From NCBI RefSeq assembly GCF_004010195.1, contig NC_057719.1, forward strand, positions 71,721,275 through 71,741,274: a DNA stretch of 20,000 nt, given 5' to 3'. Shown here piece by piece: positions 8,785 to 20,000 of the stretch. Within the stretch, counting starts at the first letter, position 1. Each line of letters opens with the position of its first letter. The position numbers and the translations under genes were made by a program. The notes under the pieces are model-generated. The model did no database searches, was not told where the DNA came from, and saw only the letters and a program-made list of their open reading frames with translations. The DNA comes from Chiloscyllium plagiosum (Eukaryota).

Positions 8785-9857
8785 ACATAGAGTCAAAGAA
8801 TCACAGATGTACAGCACGGATATAGACCCTTTAGTCCATCTCGTCCATGCCGACCAGACATCCTAAATTAATCTAGTCCCATTTGCCAGCATTTGTCACA
8901 TATCACTCTAAACCCTTCCTATTCATATACCTGTCCAAATGCCTTTTAATTGCTGGAATTGTACCAGCCTCCACCACTGCCTCTGGCAACTCATTCCACA
9001 CCTGCACCATCCTCTCCATGAAAAAGTTGTCCCCTGGGTTGCTTTTAAATCTTTCCCCTCTCACCTTAAAATTATGCCCTCTAGTTTTGGACTCTCCCAC
9101 CCCGGGAAAAGACTTTGTCTTTTTACCCTATCCACATGCCCCTCATGATTTTATAAATCTCTATAAGGTCATCCCTCAGCCTCCAACACTCCAGGGAAAA
9201 CAGCCCCTGCCTATTCAGCCTCTCCCTTTCGCTCAAGCCTCCAAATCTGGCAACGTCCTTGTAAATCTTTTCTGAACCCTTTCAGGTTTCACAACATCCT
9301 TCCAATAGGCGGGAGACCAGAATTGCACGTAGTATTCTAACAGTGGCCTAACCACAGCTGCAACATGACCTCCCAGCTCCTATACTCAATACTCTGACCA
9401 ATAAAGGAAAGCATACCAAATGCTCTCTTCACTATCCTGTCTACCTGCGACTCCACTTTCAAGAAAATATGAACTTGCACTCCAAGGTCTCTTTGTTCAG
9501 GAAAACTCCCTAGGACCTTATCATTAAGCGTACAAATCCTGCCCTTATTTACCATTCCATAATGCAGCACCTCACATTTACCTAAATTAAACTCCATCTG
9601 CCACTCCTCAGCCCATTGGCCCATCTGATCAACGTCCCATGGTACTCTCAGATAACCTCCTTTGCTGTCTATCACACCTCCAATTTTGGCATCATCTGCA
9701 AACTAACTAACCATGCCTCCTACATTCACATCTAAATCATTTATATAAATGACATAATGCTGTGGACCCAACACCGATCCTTGTGGCACACCACTGGTCA
9801 CAGACCTCCAGTCTGAAAAGCAATCCTCCACCACCACCACCCTCTGTCTATGTACTT
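8785..9857 (-). mobile_element. 5'-truncated CR1 (HER1-like) LINE
   Basis: ORFs WAEEWQMEFNLGKCEVLHYG...RDLGVQVH and TRGHNFKVRGERFK...VWNELPEAVVEAGT; ATAGAGTC-type tail. Confidence 0.95.
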
Positions 9858-10074
9858 TGATTCATCAAGGCATTGCCTTTGGGAATTCACCAGGGAACTG
9901 TTGGCGCCATGCTTTTATTTAACTGAAACAGATGCAACTCCTGGACTTCCTGACGACAAATCCCTGCATATGGATTTGTGGTATTTACTCTAAAAAAAGA
10001 TTTAAAATGCCAGATCATGTTTCTGCAAAACATCCTCAAGCCCTAAACTTATAATCATTTTGATCCCCTCCTGG

Positions 10075-10316
10075 CTAGCATTGATTACCTGTCCCTGCTT
10101 GTCATTGAGAAGGTGGTGCTAAGCCACCTTCTTGAAGCGCTGCAGTCCACCAGCTATGGGTTGACCCACAGTGCCATGAGGGAGGGAATTGCAAGATTTT
10201 GACCCAGCGACAGTGAAGGAACAACAAAATATTTCCAAGTCAGGATGGTGAGTAGCTTGTAGGTGTACTTGCAGGAAGCGGTGTTCCCATGTGTCTGCTG
10301 CCCTAATCATTCTAGA
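10075..10316 (-). mobile_element. CR1-group LINE 3' fragment of a different family
   Basis: Minus-strand remnant SFTVAGSKSCNSLP...GLQRFKKVA, a typical CR1/L2-group ORF2 C-terminus. Confidence 0.75.
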
Positions 10317-10514
10317 TTAATTGCTCTAAAGCATAGTGCTTTCTCTGACCAAACACAGGAGCCATTCACATATAGAAAGATCCCATAAATGGCATATGGT
10401 CTGGATTATGTTTTTGGTTCAGAATGAATTGAAGAGGTGTTATGTGAAATTAGAAATGTCTCCAATGAAACTTGAACAGATCAGATAAACGATATTTAAT
10501 AAAACAAAGAACTG

Positions 10515-10675
10515 AAGGTCACAAACAAAAGCAGAAATTGCTGAAGAAACTCAGGCAGGTCTGGCAGTTGCTGTGGAAAGGAAGCACAATTAACATTTCC
10601 AGTCCGATGACTATTAGTGGAGTTCTGATGAAGAGTCACCAGACCCAAAACATTAACTCTGCTTTGTTCCACAAG
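10515..10675. mobile_element. Short palindromic Penelope-derived element with a decayed hammerhead motif
   Basis: AAAGCAGAAATTGCTGAAGAAACTCAGGCAGGTCTGGCAG start; partial inverted repeat (GTGGAAAGGAAGCACAATTAACATTT vs AAACATTAACTCTGCTTTGTTCCAC); CTGATGA at 10625. Confidence 0.65.
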
Positions 10676-11034
10676 AAAATGATAACTTGCTGTGAAGTAG
10701 CTTGTCCAGATACAGCGCAAGAGCTAATTGCAGCTTGTTATCCCTAACAGCACACACATTCAATTCAATTTGAGATTATGTTCATTTGCTGGTTTGTCCT
10801 GTTTGAATTCTGTGTGCCATATAGCTTGGACAGCATGGTTATTAATTCTCTTCACTCAGAGGACCAACATCTACAAGTAACTTCAGCTCAAAGTATATAT
10901 ACCTTCATGGAATAATCAATAGAATTTCCTTTTTTTATCATAGATCCTTTATACTGACTTCTATACCCCTAATATCTAAGAAGACTAAAGTGAACACTCC
11001 TGGACAATTCATCCAATTGAAGACACACCAAACA

Positions 11035-11110
11035 ATGAAGCACACCCTCAGTACTGCACTAAAATTGTGGTTTATATGTTAGCACAGTGCTTTGAAACAG
11101 ACTCCCACCC
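11035..11110 (-). mobile_element. DeuSINE-like fragment
   Basis: GCACACCCTCAGTACTGCACT is the reverse complement of the recalled AGTGCAGTACTGAGGG motif. Confidence 0.45.
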
Positions 11111-11437
11111 TTTATGTAACAGTCAAATATGTTTAATGCATGATAATTAACTAAATAAATGTAAATAGAATGCCTGAAGCACAGAACTTGAAGCTCCAAT
11201 CTTCCATATCAAGGTAGCAGGCTGAAATTCACTATTGGTCATATCAGTGGATATCTAGCTCCTTCCGACAGCAAAGGGAAAGGAAGTCAACAAGTTATGT
11301 GATTTGCCTCAGGCCACTGTTGTACAGTCAGCAGTAGTCTGCCTACAACCAAGCAGTAATCTATCTGACCTCTCAGTCTAGGAAAGGTACCTAATGTAGA
11401 AAACCATAGAAAAGGATATATGTGTTTTTTTCGTGGG

Positions 11438-11737
11438 ATTAGATTAGATTCCCTACAGTGTGGAAACAGGCTCTTTGGCCCAACAAGTCTATACCAACCC
11501 TCTGAAAAGTGACCCACCCGTACCCATTTCCCCCGAATACACCTCACACTACGGGTAATTTAGCATGGCCAATTTACCTGACCTGCACATCTTTGGACTG
11601 TGGGAGGAAACCAGAGCACCCAGACAAGGGGAGAATGCACAAACTCCACACAGACAGTCACCCAAGACTGGAATTAAACCTGGGACCCTAGTGTTGTGAG
11701 GCAGCAGTGCTAACCACTGATCCACCATGCCACCCCA
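11438..11737 (-). mobile_element. Near full-length HE1-like V-SINE
   Basis: Minus-strand head GGCATGGTGGATCAGTGGTTAGCACTGCTGCCTCACA, V-domain, CR1-derived tail with AATCT repeats. Confidence 0.9.
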
Positions 11738-11855
11738 AATTTCCCCTTTTCTCTGAAAGCAAATGGGCAATAATGGGTGCTTAGCAATAATGGCCAAAGA
11801 AGTAACATAATGTGAACTTCCCCAATTTTGTTAGCCTCATATTAACTGGAAGCAT

Positions 11856-12150
11856 TAGTACTGTGGCTCAGTGGTTAGCACTGATGCCTGACAGTGCCAG
11901 GGGCATGGAGTCAAATCAGGTCTTGGGTGACTATGTGGGACTTGCATGCTCTCCCTGTGTCTGCGAGGGTTTCCTCTCACACTCCAAAAATCTGCAGGTT
12001 AGGTGGATTGGCCCATGCTCAATTGCCTTACAGTGGCCAGAGGTGTGTATACTAGATTGTTTAACCATGGGAAATATGGGGATAGGTTGAAATGCCCTTT
12101 GGTGCAGATTCAAGGGGCTGAATGGCCTCTGTCGGCAGTGTATGATAATA
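11856..12150 (+). mobile_element. HE1-like V-SINE
   Basis: GTGGCTCAGTGGTTAGCACTG A box; TGCAGGTTAGGTGGATTGGCC V-domain; GGGCTGAATGGCCT tail. Confidence 0.9.
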
Positions 12151-14339
12151 CATTGCATTTACCCCTTGATATCTGTTCATACTGAATATAGCTTTGTACA
12201 ATACTTGTAAAACTATTGACATGGATGATCATCTTTATCAGCAGCATCGAGAGGAAGTTGTAACAGGGACACTATCCCACAGAACCCACCAGTTTTTCAT
12301 CCAATTATTTCAACTGAAAATAAAAGAATATACACCACCCTTGTGATTACTTTGCTTCTGTTTAATGCAAGCCCACAAAGACAATATTCAACTGCACTCT
12401 CTCTTCCTTTTCATTTATCACCTCAAAATATTTGGATTTTGCAGTGGCTCTTGACAGCAAACTATCAACATTTGGGCAGATTAACATGGGAAAGTTATGG
12501 GACTGAATCTTATTTTTTTTGGCTCAGTGCGAGTCAGATTGAGTTTTGTGGAGACAGGGTGTGCTGCAAGACGAACCATATGCAGGCCTCTTGACACTCT
12601 CCAGTTGGGAGGTTGGGAAGTTGGCTGGACCCTCCAGCTCCATTCTGCCTGATGATCACTGAAAACTCAAGGCCAGGTGGTCAATTTGTATTTTGTCAAG
12701 AAGAACTACAAGATGTCTGTTCCGACCTGAGGCAAAGAGCCCCTGTGTTTCCCGAACAAATCTCCAGGGCTAATGGGCTCCACTACAGAGCAGACTCCTC
12801 CACCCCAGCTGCAGACTAAGGGAGCTCAATGCTTCACAACAAGAGGAGGAGAAAAATGTACTCTGAGCCATGGATGTGATGGCTAAAAATGTTAGAAAAA
12901 TAGATTTTGTTTTGCAAAAAAAAGTTGCATAAATTGTTTGTTTTGCAAGCAATGTTATTTTAATAGTTTTCTTAGTTCTGTGAACCTTGTGTCTCACCAA
13001 TTAATTGGTTATCGCTGCCTATGTTTTGGCGCTAGATGCTTTGTAGCACCCTGCAGTATCACTCCTTGACCATTACCAAGCTCAGTGTATGATTAGCATC
13101 GAATACTGTACATTATGTCAGACCTGGGGTAGTAGTGCATGAGCGTTGGCATTAGCTCACTCTCACACCTTTACCCATCATGCCGCACTTCAACACTGCC
13201 GACTGTTTTCATGGCAATGCATCTGAAAGAGTTCTCCAGCAGTAATGCTGACAGGGAGATCACAACACATAGAAACGGTCAATGTTGCTGCATGGCCAGG
13301 AGTCAGGCAACTTATGATGTGTTTGAGGACAATGTTATTCCCATGTATTGTTTCTAGCCAGTGACCAAATACAGATGTAGCCCCCTCCCTCACATGCCAT
13401 TTCACTTACCCCACCCATTGTGAGTCCCTTCACAGCCAATCTCCACAACATTGTGCACTATCCTTGTTCTTCATGATTAAAACAGCAGTGAGTTGTCCTC
13501 TGCCAGTGGCTTTCAACCTCAGTTTTAACATGTTGCTGACACCCTCAACGGTATACTCTCTTTCCTATGTGCCCATTCCATCAAAACTACAGACATCATG
13601 ATTCCCTAGGTGAACAACCAGGTCACATACATGTGCCTACACCTGCATCTCTACCCCCTCCAATCCCCCAAACTCATTTCTGCAGAGGTCACAGGATGAC
13701 TGTGGCTCAGCCGCTCAAGCAACATGACCCGTCAGCACCAATCTTCACCTCCCATTATCTCTTGACTGATGGATACACATGTCCCCAAAAGTGCCATACC
13801 TACAACCCACTCCTCCTCCCACCCTGGTCTCCATCAGGGCTAGCCCCATGGCGACAAAGGACTAGCAGTAACCTGCTCCCAAGAGCACAGAGGAATGGAT
13901 CCCCCATGCAATATCACCCTGACCAACACTTTGCGTGGCTCAGGCCCAGGACTGGAATTGGAAGGTGCCTTTAACTAACTGTACTGGCCCCCCTGACTGA
14001 CAGATGTCCAACTGAGTTGACTGTCACCTACTTCCCCAGTACTTTAAAACATTTCAGACACGTTGCGCAGCTTGCTACAGATGCCGTGTGCTTGGCACGA
14101 GCACAGAGGCCAAATGGTGCAAGTGCTACACCAACATGATGCAAACAATGTATTCTCCATTTCTGTAAAACACATGTATCACTCTAGGTCTCCTTCAGAA
14201 TTCAAATGTAGAGCAGTATGAGAGAGGGAGATGGGGTTTTCTTGGGAAATCAAAGCAGAATTTGCAATTCAAAACCAAAAAAAAAATTGTTTTAATTGAA
14301 AGGGCAGTCAAAAAGTGAGGAAACAGCTCAGTGCCAGAG

Positions 14340-14537
14340 GTGATCAGTTAGCTCAGCTGACCAGTTAGCAATGCAGAGTGATGCCAATACCTGTAGTGGC
14401 CAAGGCTACCATGAAGGCCCTGCCTTCATAACATACCCCCTTGCCTGAGGCAATGACCCTCAGGTTAAATTCCACTTGTTGTCTCTCTCTCTTTTTGATG
14501 AGAGAACGGCCCTTTGGGATTATGGCGATGACTTTTT
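14340..14537 (+). mobile_element. tRNA-derived SINE (same family as 1281-1487)
   Basis: AGTTAGCTCAG head, GCAGAGTGATGCCAA, TGCCTGAGGC...ACCCTCAGGTTAAA, CT tract, ATTATGGCGA tail. Confidence 0.75.
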
Positions 14538-14579
14538 ATTGTCATACAAGGCTGTGAGAACATGAATACTACCTTTGAC

Positions 14580-14737
14580 TTCCCCAGGTAGTATCTACGA
14601 TTACTAGGTTTTCCAGACCGGGGTTTACGCTACAATTTTACTACAGGCCCAGTGATTATCTTAGCCAGAATAGAGGTTGAATGCTACACTAGTCTGAATC
14701 TCATGTTTACTGTTGCGCCAACTGAGCTAACTGGCCT
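14580..14737 (-). mobile_element. Degenerate tRNA-headed SINE
   Basis: Minus strand begins GGCCAGTTAGCTCAGTTGG (A box); remainder decayed. Confidence 0.5.
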
Positions 14738-17235
14738 TCCAATTGCTAGCAAAACAAACTAATTGTCAATTTTTCTCTTCATCCTCTCTATCATGACACT
14801 GCAGATAATTCCCATTTAAATGCAATGATGAATCATGATCACATTTTGATTCACTTTGCTCTCTCAAGGTATATTAATGACAGTTTATTTGGGGAATTTT
14901 TTTTAATGACGACATGTGGTGTTTTCATTTAATTTGTTTAAAGTACACAATGGTAAATTTGATTTGACATTCAAGCCTTTTCTGTAGTGACTTAATGCCT
15001 TAGTTGTTTCATCTGTTGGCTGACCAACATATATTAGCTGAAATGTGTGATTGAATCCTCTAACAAGACAGCAAGACAATAACCCAAAATTTGACAATGC
15101 TGGCAGGAATTAGTCAAGAAAGAAAGTGTCATTTTACAAGAATTTCATGTACACATATACTTGGTTAAAAGAAGTTTGCCATATTTTAACCTGCTGCAAT
15201 GTGATTTCATTTTAAATGAAAAATTAAAATGATATTGTCACAGTTTTTTGTCAGTTAATAAATTGGCAATAAAAGCAATAAAGTGACTATATCACCACGT
15301 CATCTCAGTTTAAAGATTTCTCCATGTTAAAATGGAACATTTGTCACAAGCTCAGCACAAGAGTAATCTCTATGTAGTGACTGCTACTAACATCTTACAT
15401 GACCAATTGCATTGCGCATTGAACACAGTCATAATTACTGACCTAACCTGTATGACAGGTATCTTACTTTTAAAACTAACAATTATCTGGTGATTTGATT
15501 AGAAAGATGCAATATTACAAAAGGCTGATGAAATTTCATTATAATTTCAATCATTAGTAATTATGATTGCAAATATGAAATTACTGTTATTTTATCAACA
15601 ATGAGCAAGTTAATTCACATTTTCAATCATTAAGGGCCCAGTAATAATAGAAAATTTAAAACAACACAGATACTTGGCACACAATCCATTCGGTCTTTTA
15701 ATAATAAATAAAATTCATTCCAATCCAATCATAGCAAATGATGTAGAGTTTATATATTTATACTTGCACCATTATATATGATGTCCATTTGAACATTTAT
15801 ATGTAGCATGCATGAGAAATTCAGAATATGAAGTTCATGGGTAGTCTGCACATTATTCTTTCCCTCATTAGATCTTATATTTTGCTAATAACAAGGCTTC
15901 AGAGACAGTATGTTCCTGTTGAAGCAAAGGGCAAGGCTGAAGGTGTAGGGAATGCTGGATGACTAGAGAAATTGTGTTTCTGGTCAAGAAAAAGGAAGCA
16001 TATGTCAGGTCTAGACAGCTGGGATCCAGTGAATCCCAGTAAGGGTAGCAGGCATATACTTAAGAGGGAAATCAAGAGGGCAAAAAGGGACATGAGGTAG
16101 TTCTGGCAAATCAGGTTAAGGAGAATCCAAAGAGATTCTACAACTGCATTAAGGGGAAAATATCAACTAGGGAAAGAATAGGGCCCCTTAAAGATCAACG
16201 AGGCTGTCTATATGTGGAACCGCGGGAGATGGATGAGATACTAAACGAGTATTTTGAGTCAGTATTTACTGTGGAAAAGCATATGGAAGCTAGAGAACTG
16301 AGACAAATAAATAGCGATATCTTGAAAAATGTCTATATTACAGAGGAGGAGGTGCTGGACATTTTAAGATGTGAAAAGGTCAATAAATCCCCAGGACCTT
16401 ATCAGGTATTTCCCAGAACTTTGCAGAAAGCTAGGAAAGAGATTGGTGAGCCCCTTGCTGAGATATTTTTATCATCAATAGCTATAGATAAGGTGCCAGA
16501 AGATTGGAGTTTGACTAATGTATTGCCATTATTTAAGAAAGTAAAAGCCAGGGAACTATAAACCAGTGAGTGGTATGTAAGTTGTTGGAGAGGATTTGGA
16601 GGGACAGGATTTCCATGAACTTGAAATGGCAAGGACTGATTAGGGAGAGTCAACATGATTTTGTTTGTGGGAAATCATGTCTCACTAATTTGATCGGGTT
16701 TTTGAAGAAGTAACAAAGAATGACTTCTGCAAGGCATTCAGCAAGATTTTACATGGTAGACAGGTTAGATCACATGGAAACCAGGCAAGCTAGCAATTCA
16801 GATATAGAATTGGATTAAAGGTAGGAGACAGAGGATGGCAGTGGCCGTTTATTTATTAGACTGGAGGCCTTTGACCAGCAGTATAAAGATACTGGATCCA
16901 CTGCTTTTCACCATTTATAAAAATGATTTGGATGTGAATATAGGAGGTATGTTCGGTAAGCTTGTAGATGACAACAAAATAGATGGTATATTGGACAGTG
17001 AAGAAGGTTATCTCAGAGTAGAATGGGACATTGATCAGATGGCCCAATGACCCATCGAGTGGCACTTGGGGTTTAATTTAGCGAAATGTGAGGTACTGCA
17101 TTTTGGTAAGACAAGTCGGAGCAGGACTATATAATTAATGGTAGGACCCTGAGGAGTACTGCCAAACAAAGAGACCTTGGGGTGCAGGTGCATAGTTCCT
17201 TGAAAGTGGAGTTGCAGCTAGACAGGGTGGTGAAG

Positions 17236-18285
17236 ATGGCATTTGACAGGTTTTACTGCACTGGTCAGTCCATTGAGTATACAAGTTGGCAAGCTATGAT
17301 GTAGCTATATAGGATACTGATGAGGCCACTTTTAGAATACTGTGTTCAAATCTGGCCTTCCTGCTATATGAATTATGTTGTAAAGCTTGAAAGTGTTCAG
17401 AAAAGATTTACAAGAATGTTGCCAGGATTAGAGGTTTGAGCTATAGGAAGAGGCTGAGTAGTGGACTTAGGTTTGCTCGCTGAGCTGCAAGGTTCATTTT
17501 CAGACATTTCATCATCATACTAGGTAACATCTTCAGTGAGTCTCCAGATGAAGCACTGCTGATGATTCCTGCTTTCAACTTATATGCTTGGGTTTATTTG
17601 GGTTAGTTTTGTTATTTCTTGTGGTGATGTCATTTCCTATGATGTCATTTCCTGTTCTTTTCTCAGGGGGTGGTAAATGGGATCCAAGTCAATGTGTTTG
17701 TTGATATCGCCAACCCAAAGAAACTCAAACATATAACTAGAAAGCAGGAATCATCAGCAGATGGCATTTGACAGGTTTTACTGCACTGGTCAGTCCATTG
17801 AGTATACAAGTTGGCAAGCTATGATGTAGCTATATAGGATACTGATGAGGCCACTTTTAGAATACTGTGTTCAAATCTGGCCTTCCTGCTATATGAATGA
17901 TGTTGTAAAGCTTGAAAGTGTTCAGAAAAGATTTACAAGAATGTTGCCAGGGTTAGAGGTTTGAGCTATAGGAAGAGGCTGAGTAGTGGACTTAGGTTTG
18001 CTCGCTGAGCTGGAAGGTTCATTTTCAGACATTTCATCATCATACTAGGTAACATCTTCAGTGAGTCTCCAGATGAAGCACTGCTGATGATTCCTGCTTT
18101 CAACTTATATGCTTGGGTTTATTTGGGTTGGTGATGTCATTTCCTGTGGTGATGTCATTTCCTATGACGTCATTTCCGGTTCTTTTCTCAGGGGGTGGTA
18201 AATGGGGTCCAAGTCAATGTGTTTGTTGATATCGCCAACCCAAAGAAACTCAAACATATAACTAGAAAGCAGGAATCATCAGCAG
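17236..18285 (+). repeat. 525-bp tandem duplication (17236-17760 / 17761-18285)
   Basis: Direct alignment; about 11 substitutions counted by eye, no indels seen; AG microhomology at the junction. Confidence 0.95.
17462..17760. mobile_element. Partial duplicate of the Penelope-type insert
   Basis: Near-identical to 17987-18285. Confidence 0.85.
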
Positions 18286-18420
18286 TACTTCGTCTGGAGG
18301 CTCACTGAAGATGTTACCTAGTATGGTGACGAAACATCTGAAAAATGAAGCTTCCAGCTCAGTGAGCAAACCAACATCCAGAACCTTGACCTGAGCTACA
18401 GATCTTCTCAAAACTCGCTA
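17987..18420. mobile_element. Penelope-like element 3' end with inverted pseudo-LTR (hairpin)
   Basis: Inverted arms 17987-18135 and 18231-18380; the loop's minus strand encodes INKHIDLDPIYHPLRK, like a Penelope ORF C-terminus; TSD GCTGAGTAG at 17978-17986 and 18423-18431. Confidence 0.85.
18302..18341 (+). ncRNA. Minimal type I hammerhead ribozyme motif (mutated stem III)
   Basis: TCA-CTGAAGA-T-GTTACC-TAGTAT-GGTGAC-GAAA-CATC-TGA: core CTGANGA/GAAA, 6-bp stem II, stem I TCA/TGA; inverted decayed copies at 17500-17539 and 18025-18064. Confidence 0.75.
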
Positions 18421-19317
18421 AAGCTGAGTAGACTGGAGATATTTTCACTGGATCATCGGAGGCTGACAGTTGACCTCCTGGAGGTTTATAAAATTATGAG
18501 GGGCATCAATAGAGTGAATAGCCAAGGTATTTTCCTAGGAGCAGGGCAAAACTAGAGGGCATAGGTTTAAAGTGAAAGGGGAAAGATTTAGAAGGGACCT
18601 TGAGGGGCAACTTTTTCACACAAAGGGTGGTGCGTGCATGGAATGAGCTGCCAGATGAGGCGGTGGAGGTGAATACAATTACAACATTTAAAAGGCATCC
18701 AGATGGGTATATGAATAGGAAGAGTTTAGAGGGATATGGGCCAAATACTGGCAATTGGGACCAGATTAGTTTAGGATATGTGGTCAGCATGGACCAGTTG
18801 GACTAAAATGTCTGTTTTCATGCTGTATGACTATGTCTTTATAATTCTCAGAACTAATTTTAGTCATCATTTTCTTGTTGGTGTCACTTGTAAAACATAG
18901 CTGAAAGCAACAGTTTGATTTTGTTTTTATTCCCAGGACAGAATTTCCACGCTTATGGGCACAACATGTCGGTCCACCTTTTAGACTCAAATTTATAATC
19001 CAAATCAGACATATTGCAAACCACGGCCATCTGCCCAATTGTTTCAAGTCAAAATTTCTGACAAGCTTGATTGTTGCCAGGCAACATACTCGTGTATTGA
19101 AACAAAATTTTATACAACAATATCGTTTTTTTTTTGGATAAGGAATGAAACTGCGAGAAGGGAAAGAAAAACAGTTCTTGTGGGAAATCCAAGTTTGAAA
19201 ATATATTTTAGAAGAACATGAAACTTAGTTGACAACCTGTCCATTAATTTACAGCACTGTCAGAAACCTGTCTCCTTACTGTCTACTTCAACATACAGGT
19301 CGCTTCGGTTTCCAGAC

Positions 19318-19361
19318 AGGAGTCACTAAATCTTCTCAAAACTCGCTAGGAGTCACTAAAT
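19318..19361 (+). mobile_element. Penelope terminus micro-insertion with a 14-bp TSD
   Basis: AGGAGTCACTAAAT occurs twice, flanking CTTCTCAAAACTCGCT; 19330-19348 is identical to 18402-18420. Confidence 0.8.
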
Positions 19362-19884
19362 TTGTGGATGGCTGTTTTCACCGTCTCACAATGACAAAGA
19401 ACAGTTTCACAGAGAGCAGTTTACTAAAAACCTGGTACATTGTCCAGATCCGCACAGACGTGTTGTTTCGCCTTCACTTTGGAACCGCAAAACAATTATC
19501 ACAACTCAGCAAACTGTCCAGCAAGAACCAACTCGGATCGAGAGGCTCAGTTACCGAGAGCTGTACCGCCTGGACATTTCATTCTGAATCACAAACTGCT
19601 GTTAGAGGAAGGGGGTCAGCCAGGGGGAGGAGGGGGGTCATCAGTGTGGAAACGGGGAAGGGGAGGGTCAGAGTGTAAACAAGGCTGAGGTTCCCAGTGG
19701 TAAGGCGGGAGGAGGGATTTCCGAATGGAAACAGCATTGTGGGGGGGGGGGGGGTCAAATCTCAACTCAGGACAAACTGGCATTTCCCAACCTCCAACAT
19801 GAGAAAACTCTAGTGAGATCCTCCGTTTGCACACCGCGACCGCTGACTTTACAGTGTTTCCTTTCGGTCTCTAAGAAGTTCATG

Positions 19885-20000
19885 TAGTTTTCGCTCTCAC
19901 TATCCTTGTCTGTGTTTTTATTTCTTTCTATCTCGTTCCGTCACTCTCTCTGTGTCTTCTTTCTTCTCTCTTTTTGACTATCTCTGTATCTCCCACCCCC
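19885..20000. repeat. CT-rich low-complexity tract
   Basis: Pyrimidine-rich TCTC/TTTC sequence running to the window end. Confidence 0.8.

Larger units (their letters stand above)
15900..18835 (+). mobile_element. Long disrupted CR1 (HER1-like) LINE ORF2 plus 3'UTR
   Basis: Remnants MDEILNEYFESVFTVE, KSPGPYQVFPRTL, VPEDWSLTNVLPLFKK, KLVDDNKI (FADD region), NFFTQRVVRAWNELP; tail TGCTGTATGACTATG; interrupted by a Penelope-type insert and a duplication. Confidence 0.95.

Noticed and set aside
13567..13974. 135-aa proline-rich ORF
   Set aside because: Composition follows C-rich DNA; no known motif or splice support
19229..19688. 149-aa and 82-aa ORFs as a gene
   Set aside because: No recognisable domain, non-ATG starts, and they run through a TE micro-insertion and G-rich low-complexity sequence

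Overview
Non-coding, repeat-rich vertebrate DNA. The repeats (HER1/CR1-type LINEs, HE1-type V-SINEs, DeuSINE-like fragments, Penelope-type elements) point to a cartilaginous fish, probably a carpet/bamboo shark; this is recalled from memory, not searched. I found no credible host protein-coding gene, and every recognisable ORF is a broken CR1 ORF2 piece. The main structure is at 5864-8691: a short minus-strand LTR split at its TATA-position motif (CTCCCCTGGTTA on +) by about seven same-orientation non-LTR insertions, each next to a copy of that motif. They include three copies of a ~250-bp element with an invariant 5' end and no Pol III head, a tRNA-Arg-headed SINE, and two L1/Tx1-like 3' ends. 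This suggests a sequence-specific retrotransposition system targeting an LTR promoter. Also present: a Penelope-type hairpin insertion with hammerhead ribozyme motifs inside a CR1, a 525-bp tandem duplication, a 16-bp Penelope terminus insertion with a 14-bp target-site duplication (TSD), and a CpG/G-rich end that may border a promoter.
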